This document shows, piece by piece, positions 54,753 through 64,000 of a DNA stretch of 64,000 nucleotides (position 1 is its first letter; each line of letters begins with the position of its first letter). The notes below the pieces were generated by a model, which had not been told where the DNA came from, made no database searches, and saw only the letters and a list, made by a program, of their open reading frames with translations. Where the stretch lies: assembly GCA_963677415.2 (NCBI GenBank), contig CAXXFJ010000034.1:22146-86145 (forward strand). The letters run 5' to 3'. This stretch comes from Bacteroidales bacterium (lineage in GTDB: Bacteria; Bacteroidota; Bacteroidia; Bacteroidales; JAQUTK01). The position numbers were made by a program, and so were the translations under genes.

Positions 54753-56669
54753 ATGGAATTTACATTATTCATACTTATTCTTCCCTTGGTATCTTTTTTG
54801 ATTCTCGGCTTAGCCGGATATAAAATGAAACCTGCTGTATCCGGAGTCTTGGGGAGTATATTCTTGGGTGCGACCACCCTGCTTTCTTATGCTACCGCAG
54901 TAATCTATTTTACTGCTCCACGTGTGGATGGCGCTTTTATGAAGCTGATGCCATATAATATGGAATGGATGAACTTTGGAGGAACACTCCAGTTTAACCT
55001 TGGTATTCTGCTGGACCCTATTTCGGTGATGATGCTGGTAGTGATTACCACAGTCAGCCTGATGGTTCATATCTATAGTATGGCTTATATGCACGGTGAA
55101 AAAGGTTTTCAACGCTACTATGCATTCTTAAGCCTTTTTACTTTCTCAATGCTCGGGCTTGTTGTGGCAACAAACATCTTCCAGATGTATCTTTTTTGGG
55201 AGCTAGTAGGTGTTTCTTCATATCTGTTGATCGGATTCTACTACACCAAACCAGAAGCGGTGGCTGCCAGTAAAAAGGCGTTTATTGTGACTCGTTTTGC
55301 CGATCTTGGCTTTCTGATAGGTATCTTACTTCTTTCCTTCTATACGGGTACATTTGATTTTGATAAACTCTGTTCATGCGATCCGGTATTGTTTTCCGGA
55401 GCTGTTCAGGCTTCTTTTCTGGGCTACTCTGTGATCAGTGTTGCTCTGGCACTTATCTTTATTGGTGGTGCCGGTAAGAGCGCGATGTTTCCGTTACAGA
55501 TATGGTTGCCGGATGCAATGGAAGGACCAACCCCGGTGTCTGCTTTGATCCATGCTGCTACGATGGTTGTAGCCGGTGTATTTCTGGTTGCCCGTCTATT
55601 TCCGGTGTATGAAGCATTTGCTCCGGATGTACTTCATGGCATTGCTTATGTCGGTGCTTTCACTTCACTCTTTGCTGCTGCAATTGCTTGTGTGCAGACC
55701 GATATCAAACGGGTACTTGCCTTTTCGACCATTTCTCAGATTGGCTTTATGATGGTGGCGTTGGGAGTAAGTGGAATGGGTTCACATGAAGGTACCGGTT
55801 ATATGGCTGGTATGTTCCACTTGTTTACACACGCCATGTTTAAAGCATTACTCTTCTTAGGTGCCGGTGCTATCATTCATGCGGTGCATAGTAATGAAAT
55901 GAGCCATATGGGAGGTCTTCGTAAGCATTTACCAATTACCCATATCACATTCCTGATAGCATGTCTTGCTATTTCAGGTATTCCTCCTTTCTCCGGATTC
56001 TTTAGTAAGGATGAGATCCTTGCTGCTTCTTTCTCATTCAGTCCGCTGATGGGTGTAGCCATGAGTGGCATTGCCGGATTGACTGCGTTTTATATGTTCC
56101 GTCTTTATTACAGAATATTCTGGGGAACTCCATCCGAACATGCACATACTCCGCATGAAGCTCCTGCATTTATGACGGTACCATTGATCTTTCTGGCAAC
56201 TGTGACTTGTGTTGCCGGGTTTATCCCATTTGGAGAGTTTGTCAGCAGTGACGGACTGATCTATGAGATTCATTTGGACCCGACAGTTGCAATATCCAGC
56301 ATTCTTATGGCGTGCGTTGCAATAGGACTTGCTACCTGGATGTATAAGAAAGGTACAAGTACAATGCCTGATCGTCTGGCTACAACATTTAGTGGTTTGC
56401 ATATGGCAGCTAGTCATCGCTTTTACATTGATGAGGTGTATCTGTTTATTACCAAACGAATCATTTTTGATGGCATATCAACTCCAATTGCATGGTTTGA
56501 CAGGCATATTGTGGATGGATTCATGAATGGTTTATCATGGATCGCCAATCGTGTCGCTTATCTGATCAGAGGTTTTCAAAGTGGCAATGTACAGCAATAT
56601 GCATATGTCTTTTTAATAGGAACTTTTTTGATAGTTGCATTGGCTCTATCTCAATATATCAATTTCTAA
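54753..56669 (+). CDS. nuoL: NADH-quinone oxidoreductase subunit L
   Basis: A 638-aa antiporter-like subunit (WELVGVSSYLLIGF, GKSAMFPLQIWLPDAMEGPTPVSALIHAATMV). Confidence 0.95.
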   Translation: MEFTLFILILPLVSFLILGLAGYKMKPAVSGVLGSIFLGATTLLSYATAVIYFTAPRVDGAFMKLMPYNMEWMNFGGTLQFNLGILLDPISVMMLVVITTVSLMVHIYSMAYMHGEKGFQRYYAFLSLFTFSMLGLVVATNIFQMYLFWELVGVSSYLLIGFYYTKPEAVAASKKAFIVTRFADLGFLIGILLLSFYTGTFDFDKLCSCDPVLFSGAVQASFLGYSVISVALALIFIGGAGKSAMFPLQIWLPDAMEGPTPVSALIHAATMVVAGVFLVARLFPVYEAFAPDVLHGIAYVGAFTSLFAAAIACVQTDIKRVLAFSTISQIGFMMVALGVSGMGSHEGTGYMAGMFHLFTHAMFKALLFLGAGAIIHAVHSNEMSHMGGLRKHLPITHITFLIACLAISGIPPFSGFFSKDEILAASFSFSPLMGVAMSGIAGLTAFYMFRLYYRIFWGTPSEHAHTPHEAPAFMTVPLIFLATVTCVAGFIPFGEFVSSDGLIYEIHLDPTVAISSILMACVAIGLATWMYKKGTSTMPDRLATTFSGLHMAASHRFYIDEVYLFITKRIIFDGISTPIAWFDRHIVDGFMNGLSWIANRVAYLIRGFQSGNVQQYAYVFLIGTFLIVALALSQYINF

Positions 56670-56679
56670 TCATACGAAA

Positions 56680-58152
56680 ATGAATATACTATCATTATTT
56701 GTCCTTATACCTGCGTTAATGATCGTGGGTGTGTTTTTGTCCCGCTCTATGCATGCTATTCGCAGCGTAATGCTCTCCGGGGCTCTATTATTACTAGGTC
56801 TATCCGGCTATCTGATAGCTCTGTATCTGAATATGCGTGCTGCCGGTGATCACTCACCTATGTTGCTTCTTTCAGATATTACCTGGTTTAAGTCTTTAAA
56901 TATTCACTATACGATAGGAGTTGATGGTATCTCTGTTTTGATGCTGATGCTTACTTCTATTATTGTTGTAACAGGAGTGTTGGCATCCTGGAAGATGACT
57001 CCACTTCCCAAGGAATATTTCTTATGGTTTAGTCTGCTGAGTGTCGGTGTGTATGGCTTTTTTATCTCTTTAGACCTCTTTACCATGTTCCTTTTTTATG
57101 AGGTAGCATTGATTCCGATGTACCTTCTGATTGGTGTATGGGGCACAGGAAAGAAAGAGTATGCAGCTATGAAGCTTACGTTGATGTTGATGGGAGGATC
57201 TGCCTTATTGGTTCTTGGTATCTTAGGGATCTACTTCGCATCAGGTGCAACTTCTATGAATATCCTTGAACTAGCTAAGGCTAACATCCCTATAGAGATG
57301 CAACGGATTTTCTTCCCGTTGACTTTCCTCGGATTTGGTGTGCTGGGTGCTTTATTCCCGTTCCATACCTGGAGCCCTGATGGACATGCTTCAGCGCCTA
57401 CTGCTGTTTCAATGCTTCATGCAGGTGTGTTGATGAAACTTGGAGGGTATGGTTGCTATCGTGTTGCTATTACTCTGATGCCTGAAGCTGCGCATGAGAT
57501 GGCTTGGATATTCCTAATTCTCACAGGAATAAGCGTGGTATATGGTGCTTATTCAGCCTGTGTGCAGACAGATCTTAAATATATTAATGCATATAGCTCA
57601 GTGAGTCACTGCGGTATGGTACTTTTTGCAATCCTGATGTTCAATACGACTGCGATGACAGGTGCAGTGCTTCAGATGTTGAGTCATGGATTGATGACGG
57701 CTCTCTTCTTCGCATTGATAGGAATGATTTATGGACGTACTCATACCCGTGATATCCGGCTAATGGGTGGCTTGATGAAAATAATGCCTTTTCTGGGCAG
57801 TTGTTATGTGATTGCCGGTTTGGCATCCTTAGGTCTGCCGGGCTTGAGCGGTTTCGTTGCTGAAATGACTATTTTTGTTGGAGCATTCCAGCATACAGAT
57901 GTTTTTCATCGGGTACTGGTCATTGTAGGTACTTCATCTATTGTTATTACTGCGGTCTACATCCTGCGTGTTGTTGGCAAGTTATTATATGGAAGTGTTG
58001 TAAACGAAGAGCATACAAAGCTTACTGATGCAGTATGGTACGAACGCCTTTCGGTTGCTACTCTGATAATTGCAATTGTGGCTATCGGAGTTGCTCCGCT
58101 ATGGATGAGTGATATGATACGTGAGAGTCTTGAGTTATTTGTAATAAATTAA
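56680..58152 (+). CDS. nuoM: NADH-quinone oxidoreductase subunit M
   Basis: An antiporter-like subunit (FPFHTWSPDGHASAPTAVSMLHAGVLMKLG). The ATG at 56680 (MNILSLFVL...) is preferred; the track start overlaps nuoL. Confidence 0.94.
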   Translation: MNILSLFVLIPALMIVGVFLSRSMHAIRSVMLSGALLLLGLSGYLIALYLNMRAAGDHSPMLLLSDITWFKSLNIHYTIGVDGISVLMLMLTSIIVVTGVLASWKMTPLPKEYFLWFSLLSVGVYGFFISLDLFTMFLFYEVALIPMYLLIGVWGTGKKEYAAMKLTLMLMGGSALLVLGILGIYFASGATSMNILELAKANIPIEMQRIFFPLTFLGFGVLGALFPFHTWSPDGHASAPTAVSMLHAGVLMKLGGYGCYRVAITLMPEAAHEMAWIFLILTGISVVYGAYSACVQTDLKYINAYSSVSHCGMVLFAILMFNTTAMTGAVLQMLSHGLMTALFFALIGMIYGRTHTRDIRLMGGLMKIMPFLGSCYVIAGLASLGLPGLSGFVAEMTIFVGAFQHTDVFHRVLVIVGTSSIVITAVYILRVVGKLLYGSVVNEEHTKLTDAVWYERLSVATLIIAIVAIGVAPLWMSDMIRESLELFVIN

Positions 58153-58155
58153 ACT

Positions 58156-59577
58156 ATGAATTATAGCAATTTTTTGTACATGCGTGAGGAGATCTCACTC
58201 ATTGTATTAATGGTCATCTTGTTTCTTTATGACTTGTTTGCAGGAAAGAAAGCTTTGAACTATTTTCAGCCTGTCGCTTGTGTTTTGTTTGCAATACATA
58301 CACTGATGCTTGTACTGCCCAGAGGCGCAGGAGAGACCTTTGGAGGAATGTATCAGTATAATGAAATGACTACATTTGTCAAGACAATTTTAAACGTTGG
58401 AACTTTGATTGTTTTCCTTTTATCTTCCAATTGGCTGAAGAGTGAAGGGACTATCCATAAACGTGGGGAATTCTTTTTTCTGACACTTTCCACTTTGCTG
58501 GGTATGTATTTTATGCTTTCTGCCGGCAATTTCCTGATGTACTTCATTGGGTTGGAAACAGCTTCTGTTCCTATGGCTTGCCTTATTGCATTTGACAAGT
58601 ACAAAAAGGTCTCAGCGGAAGCCGGTGCTAAATATATCCTCTCATCAGCTTTTGCTTCCGGACTATCTTTGTATGGTATCTCTATGATTTATGGTTCTGT
58701 CGGGACTTTGTATTTCGATGATATCCCTGCTGGTATAAACGGCAATCCGCTTCAGGTTATGGCTTTTGCCTTCTTTGTAGTAGGATTGTTTTTCAAGATA
58801 TCACTGGTTCCTTTTCATCAATGGGCTCCAGATTCGTACGAAGGTGCTCCGACAACTGTAACAGCGTATCTTTCTGTTGTCTCAAAAGCATCAGGAGCAT
58901 TTGTCTTGCTCACTCTTCTTTATAAGGTCTTTGGTGGGATGGTAGTTCAATGGCAGGCTATTTTGTATGCAACGATAATTCTTTCTATCACAGTTGCCAA
59001 CTTGTTTGCAATTCGTCAGAAGAATCTGAAACGCTTCCTGGCTTATTCATCTATTTCTCAAGCTGGATATATCATGTTGGGTGTGATTGGAGGGACGGCA
59101 CTGGGTATGACCTCTTTGGTTTATTATCTGTTGGTATATCTCTTTTCCAACCTTGCCATTTTTGGCGTCATTTCCATTGTAGAACATCGCAGTGGCAAAC
59201 TGAATATCAGTGATTACAACGGATTCTACCAAACTAATCCACGCTTAAGTGTCGTGATGACTTTTGCTTTGTTTTCACTGGCAGGTATTCCTCCTTTTGC
59301 AGGCTTTTTCAGCAAGTTCTTTGTGTTTGCAGCAGCAGTTAATCAGGAGTTTTACTTGTTGGTATTTATAGCTCTGATTAATACAGTGATATCCTTGTAT
59401 TATTATTTGCTGCTTGTAAAAGCAATGTTTATCAATCCGAACGATGCACCAATTGCATCGTTCAGATCTGATAATTATACTCGTTTAGCATTGATCATCA
59501 CTACGGCAGGAATCCTTGTATTAGGTGTAGCAAGTAATGTATATGAATATATCGCATCCATGAGTTACGGCATGTAA
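58156..59577 (+). CDS. nuoN: NADH-quinone oxidoreductase subunit N
   Basis: An antiporter-like subunit ([23 protein letters not shown]). It is the last gene of the operon. Confidence 0.94.
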   Translation: MNYSNFLYMREEISLIVLMVILFLYDLFAGKKALNYFQPVACVLFAIHTLMLVLPRGAGETFGGMYQYNEMTTFVKTILNVGTLIVFLLSSNWLKSEGTIHKRGEFFFLTLSTLLGMYFMLSAGNFLMYFIGLETASVPMACLIAFDKYKKVSAEAGAKYILSSAFASGLSLYGISMIYGSVGTLYFDDIPAGINGNPLQVMAFAFFVVGLFFKISLVPFHQWAPDSYEGAPTTVTAYLSVVSKASGAFVLLTLLYKVFGGMVVQWQAILYATIILSITVANLFAIRQKNLKRFLAYSSISQAGYIMLGVIGGTALGMTSLVYYLLVYLFSNLAIFGVISIVEHRSGKLNISDYNGFYQTNPRLSVVMTFALFSLAGIPPFAGFFSKFFVFAAAVNQEFYLLVFIALINTVISLYYYLLLVKAMFINPNDAPIASFRSDNYTRLALIITTAGILVLGVASNVYEYIASMSYGM

Positions 59578-59591
59578 TTCATACCGCATTG

Positions 59592-61624
59592 TTACTTCCA
59601 TTGGATGGAATACTTCACACCAGCCCGGCCCCAAAAGCCGGGCTGTGTTATATTGCCCAGATCGTAATAGTTAGTGTTCAAAAGATTGTTGATCTCTCCA
59701 AAGAACTGCCACTGACGAACTGAATAATTGATTCGGAGATCCACCAGACTGTATGCAGGGTATGACTTAATAGTAGTTATACCTTTGCTGATCTGAGCGA
59801 AAGTTCCTTCTCGTTTTTGCCAGCGAAAATTCCACCGGGCAGTAATTCCTTTCCATATCTTGTGATCAAGACTGGCGGTGAAACTTGTACTTTAGATAAT
59901 CCATCGCATATTGCGATTCAAAGCTGCTTTTCTTATTTTGTGTAATCCATGAATATCCCAATTGCATGGATTGAAGCAGACTCTCTTTGCCTAATAGTTC
60001 GCTGAAGGAAAAGCCGTAGTGAACTTTCCACCCCAAAGGTGTTGATGGAAGTATGATTGACAGATTTCCATATGCTATCAGGATGTACCCGTACCCAATC
60101 AATCAAATTACTTCCTTGTCGGTAATAGCTGGTAATATTTCCTTGCAAGAGTGGAGTATGATATTTAATTCCTGTTTCGAATGCCTGAGATTCTTCCGGC
60201 TTCAGATTGGGATTTCCTCCGTTAGTTGCACTCTTGTAATATAAATCCGTGAATGTCGGCATGCGCATGGATGTGTTCCAGGAAGCATAGACAGTGATAT
60301 TGTCACCAAAACGGTAGCTGCCATCCACTCCCGGATAGAAGTGAAGATCACGATCAAACGCAGTGTTATACAAAGCCATTGTACCTACAGAAAGAGTGAA
60401 CTGTTCGAACAGAAAGTTGTGTTCAAGGAAATAACTGATGTTGGTTCGGTTGGCACTCTTTGTATATAACTTACCTGATTCAAATGGCACCCGGACCGTT
60501 GATTTCATCAGTTCGCCGAGATTGTTGCTCAGTACTCCTTCGTTGCGCAGTTCAGCACCGAAAGCACTCTTTCCCAGAGCAGAGTAGAAGTGAGCATTTA
60601 GGTTCAGACCATATACATCACTCTGGTGATAGTTGTATGTATCATTGCCATGTGTCAACTCGAATCGGTCATAGTGACGACTCCAGTACAAAGTAGGAGT
60701 GAAGTTGATTCGTCCGGAGCTTGTACCCTTCAAGGCAGAGTAGAACGAACGTACCCGTTCATATTGATTCGGATATTTTGCTGAATAAAAGGTGTTGGCA
60801 TCATATCCTTTATCTGAGTAACCAAACTGAAAATCCAACCGGGTATCCTCCTGATTATCGTAACTGCTCTGGAAGAAAATGTTCTTTGCTTCGAACGCCG
60901 TATTGGTAGTGTAACCATCCGAACTTTTAAATCCGCCTGAAAGCTGATGCGCAAAGTGACCCTGACTGACAGAGAGTCTCGAACTTGCGTCAAACAGTCC
61001 GTGCTGACCTCCTGATAAACGGATCTCAGCATTGTTTTTTGTTGCAGAAGTAGTTGTGATGATGTTGATGGCACCGGTGAATGAGCTTGTTCCATATACC
61101 CGTGCTGCAGGTCCTTCCAGGATTTCAATCCGGACAATGTCATCCAGTGAAATAGGAAGATCAAAGTTAAAGTGGCCGGTTTGTGGATTGGTGATGTTTG
61201 CTCCGTTGAGGAGTACGGTGATCTGGTCGAATGTGCCACCGCGGATAGAAAGGTCAGATTGAATGCCAAGTTCGCCACGCTGTCGGGCGTCTACGCCAAC
61301 GGCATATTCTAAGAGGTCTTGGATACTACCGGCAGGCGCCGCAAGAATTTCATCCCGTTCAATAACAGTCACCAGTTTGGCTGTTTCTGTCTCAGAGAGC
61401 GGCGCTCGCCCAACGGTGACCTCCACGTCACCCAGTTGTCTGGCTTGGATTGTGTCGCTGCTGATAACGGCATTCGCTTTTACAGGCACAGCACATGCAA
61501 TCATGCTTACAGTGATGACACCATGTGAAACCACACGATGCAAACTGTTGAACATTGCATAGGGCTTGTTTGCAAAGCGCTTGAACCGGATAGCACGACT
61601 TGTCTCTCGTTTTGTTTTGTTCAT
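59592..61624 (-). pseudogene. TonB-dependent receptor (BtuB/CirA-like) interrupted by two frameshifts
   Basis: The plug domain (DEILAAPAGSIQDLLEYAVGVDARQRG...SIRGG) and barrel continue across three frames. The shifts lie near 60028-60034 (next to a C4/G4 run) and near 59880-59893. The final frame ends in a typical barrel terminus (...GVKYSIQWK). The span is 2033 nt, which is not a multiple of three. Confidence 0.8.
59621..59648 (+). terminator. GC-rich hairpin 44 nt after the nuoN stop, inside the convergent receptor reading frame
   Basis: Perfect 9-bp stem CAGCCCGGC / GCCGGGCTG with a 7-nt loop, followed by TGTTATATT. Confidence 0.4.
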
Positions 61625-61654
61625 AAGATTGATACTATAATTTTTAATTCGCGG

Positions 61655-61662
61655 CAAAGGTA
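61655..61662 (-). promoter_or_regulatory. -7 promoter box (TACCTTTG on the minus strand) for the receptor gene
   Basis: The plus strand reads CAAAGGTA, 31 nt upstream of the ATG at 61624. Confidence 0.45.
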
Positions 61663-61702
61663 GTGCTATTTGCCGAGTAGGGAAAATGAATCGTGGAAAT
61701 TG

Positions 61703-62416
61703 CTATTTCAGATTCAGATAATAATCATCGCAGAGTGCCTTATAAGCATCAGTATATTGATTCTTAAGGTCGCGCAACGCTAATTTCCCGTGGACGACCG
61801 GTATGCGGGCAAAGCTGAAAGTCATCAAAACCCGTATTGGTTTTCCGCCTTCACTATTACATACATCAGTACGATGATTAAGAAAGAGATTTTCTTCCCA
61901 TGCAATATCTTCCAGTTTATCAGCTGCATCGGCAGGAAATACGAAGGATGCCTTCCCTGTAGGAGAGAGTAATTGCGCGGTATGATGCATAAGAACCTCA
62001 AGCGGAAGCGTATCTGTATGACGGGCTTGATCTCTTGATGACTGACCCGATTTGAGTGCATTGATAAAGAAAGGAGGGTTAGAAACAATCAAATCAAAAG
62101 ACTCAGGGGATTGCAGACTAAACTCTTGCAGAGAAGACCCAATCACTTTCATACGGGAGCTCCAAGGAGATTGCCTGAAGTTAATCTCTGCCTGTCTTGT
62201 TGCGCCTTCGTCGATATCTATTGCAGTAATTGATGCTTGAGAACGTTGTGCCAGCATCAAACCAATCAGTCCGCTGCCAGTGCCGATATCTAGAATCCTT
62301 GTAGCCGTTTGAGCAGGAGCCCATGCACCAAGCAATACTCCATCGGTGCCTACCTTCATGGCACACAAATCATGATAAACGGTAAACTGTTTGAATTGGA
62401 AATTAGGGTTGGACAT
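61703..62416 (-). CDS. trmN6: tRNA1(Val) (adenine37-N6)-methyltransferase (YfiC/TrmN6-like)
   Basis: Contains the family start FKQF.V.HD.CAMKVGTDGVLLGAW, the SAM motif ILDIGTGSGLIGLMLAQR and the catalytic NPPFF. Confidence 0.88.
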   Translation of the reverse strand: MSNPNFQFKQFTVYHDLCAMKVGTDGVLLGAWAPAQTATRILDIGTGSGLIGLMLAQRSQASITAIDIDEGATRQAEINFRQSPWSSRMKVIGSSLQEFSLQSPESFDLIVSNPPFFINALKSGQSSRDQARHTDTLPLEVLMHHTAQLLSPTGKASFVFPADAADKLEDIAWEENLFLNHRTDVCNSEGGKPIRVLMTFSFARIPVVHGKLALRDLKNQYTDAYKALCDDYYLNLK

Positions 62417-62430
62417 GAGTTCTCAACGGA

Positions 62431-63990
62431 TTAGAAGCCAAAATTATCAAGTTCGACTTCCTCTTGTTTACCTTCTTCGATCTTCTCGGATTCCAGATGT
62501 TTGCTATTTCCCTCAACATAAATAGCCTTAAACGGTGTCGCCGGACATATATATTCACAACCTCCACAACCCACACAAAGAGCCGGTCTTACCTTAGGGA
62601 TGCGCAGTCCGTCTTTATAGTCCACCATCTTAACAGCTTGTGTCGGACAGTGTTCCGAACAGGCTCCACAATCTGTCTCATCACGAAAGACGACACAGTT
62701 TTCTGTAATGAAATGAGCAATACCGATCTGTGTTGTTTTCTTCTGTTCCGTAGTTAACGGTTTAAGGGCCCCGGTTGGACAGATTGTAGAACAAAGCGTG
62801 CAGCTGAAGTTACAGAACCCATTCTCATAGTTTAATGTTGGCTGCATGATTCCTTGCAGTCCATATTGAGTTGTAGCAGGCTTTAATACGTGAGATGGAC
62901 ATTGGGTGATACAGAGTTGACAAGCAGTACATTTTTTGGAAAAGTCTTTGATGCTTCCAGCGCCTGGAGGGGCAACCGGAGTTTGCCGGGTGATAGCTGT
63001 TAGTTTGGACGTATCAGCGAGTTGTTCGGCTTTAATCAAGGGAATGGAGAGCAGCATCAATCCGGCAGAAGTTAAGATTCGTCTCCGTTCAATATTCTCA
63101 ATTGGTCTTTTTGCCTTTTTCTTTACAGCAACAGCCTTTTTAGTAACCGACTTTCCCGGAAGGCAAATCTTATAGGTAATACCCTCGTTTTTACAGGAGG
63201 AGATGCAATTGAAACAAGTCACGCAGCGAGTCTGATCAACAATCCCATTCTTGCTGTCAATACATTGCGATTTGCATTCCTTTTCACAAAGTTTGCAGTG
63301 AGTGCACCGGCTCTCATTTATCTGAATCTTGAAAAGAGAGAAATGGGAGAGAAGTCCCAGGAAACTTCCTACCGGACAGATCATGTTGCAGTAAAGTCTG
63401 CCGCGAAACCAGGCAAAAGCTCCAATAATAAGCAATGTCCCTCCAGCTGTCAAAATCGATAATATATTGACCGTTGTAATTTGAATATTGTAGAAAAAGA
63501 AGTTTCCGGAACTATTTGCCACATCAGCAATCGCATTATTAGCCAGGATATACAATGGGCGGAAGAGGTTAGATGCAATACGCCCAAAGCTGCTGTATGG
63601 ATCCAGTAATAATACCAAAAGGGACGAACCAAAGAAGAAAGTAAGAATGACTATTCCCATGATGCTAAAGCGGAGGATCGTACTTGGCTCAACATACTTC
63701 AACCTGCTCTTCTTTTTCCCTCTGATCTTTCTGGAGATGAAAGAGATGAGATCCTGCAAAATACCCAGCGGACAGAGCACCGAACAATAAATTCGACCAA
63801 ATAACAAACTAATAGCAAAGAGAAATATAAGCCACCCGCTCAAGGAGAGAAGAGCTGGTACCCATTGAACTCTCGGAAGAAAACCTCCTTGGTTATTCAA
63901 TAGATTTGTAAAATCCAGGAACTTCAACACGAACAATGCAAAAATAAGAATTGCAGCTATTCTTCTGATGAGCGGAAGATGTTTAGTCAT
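62431..63990 (-). CDS. Membrane-anchored polyferredoxin (NapH/MauN-like N-terminal TM module plus multiple 4Fe-4S domains)
   Basis: The TM region has CSVLCPLG and CNMICPVG motifs. At least six Cys clusters follow (CTHCKLCEKEC, CVTCFNCISSC, CTACQLCITQCP, CTLCSTICP, CGACSEHCP, CVGCGGCEYICP). Confidence 0.85.
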   Translation of the reverse strand: MTKHLPLIRRIAAILIFALFVLKFLDFTNLLNNQGGFLPRVQWVPALLSLSGWLIFLFAISLLFGRIYCSVLCPLGILQDLISFISRKIRGKKKSRLKYVEPSTILRFSIMGIVILTFFFGSSLLVLLLDPYSSFGRIASNLFRPLYILANNAIADVANSSGNFFFYNIQITTVNILSILTAGGTLLIIGAFAWFRGRLYCNMICPVGSFLGLLSHFSLFKIQINESRCTHCKLCEKECKSQCIDSKNGIVDQTRCVTCFNCISSCKNEGITYKICLPGKSVTKKAVAVKKKAKRPIENIERRRILTSAGLMLLSIPLIKAEQLADTSKLTAITRQTPVAPPGAGSIKDFSKKCTACQLCITQCPSHVLKPATTQYGLQGIMQPTLNYENGFCNFSCTLCSTICPTGALKPLTTEQKKTTQIGIAHFITENCVVFRDETDCGACSEHCPTQAVKMVDYKDGLRIPKVRPALCVGCGGCEYICPATPFKAIYVEGNSKHLESEKIEEGKQEEVELDNFGF

Positions 63991-64000
63991 GATCAGATCT

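Noticed and set aside
61625-61702. Cobalamin riboswitch upstream of the BtuB-like receptor
   Set aside because: Only ~78 nt separate it from the upstream gene, which is far too short for a B12 element. I see no B12-box-like sequence. The hairpin there overlaps a plain -7 promoter box.

Overview
This is a chromosomal segment from a Bacteroidota (Bacteroidales-like) genome. The lineage call rests on TAnnTTTG -7 promoter boxes ahead of many genes, a T9SS C-terminal sorting domain, an atpDC-first F-ATPase operon and an 11-subunit nuo operon. The window is dominated by core energy metabolism: a complete F1Fo ATP synthase operon (20.0-27.3 kb), rseC-like plus rnfBCDGEA (30.4-35.9 kb), and nuoA-B-CD-H-I-J-K-L-M-N without nuoEFG (49.8-59.6 kb). 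Around these sit scattered glycan-degrading genes: GH2, two GH97, GH3, a CE7-like esterase and two alginate-lyase-like paralogs. Also present are two MscS channels, a seven-PAS hybrid histidine kinase, two TonB-dependent receptors (one frameshifted), galE, murB and one IS3-family element. I did not find a convincing multi-gene novel system such as a defence island, CRISPR array or biosynthetic cluster. The most unusual unexplained structure is a 624-bp imperfect palindrome at 39831-40454. Its arms are built of ~31-bp sub-repeats in mirrored order around a non-coding, hairpin-rich core. It abuts the IS3 element, whose outer end carries the same 18-nt motif, and that IS truncates a DUF5107 gene whose distal part is missing. 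Secondary oddities are a 771-bp in-frame tandem duplication (two PAS domains) inside the sensor kinase, an orphan 245-aa gene with its own promoter, and a ~400-nt hairpin-containing leader before nuoA. There is also a perfect palindrome made of two face-to-face -7 boxes, and a Met/Gly hexanucleotide-repeat segment in a SHOCT membrane protein. All functional calls come from motif and family recognition by eye; no database search was run.
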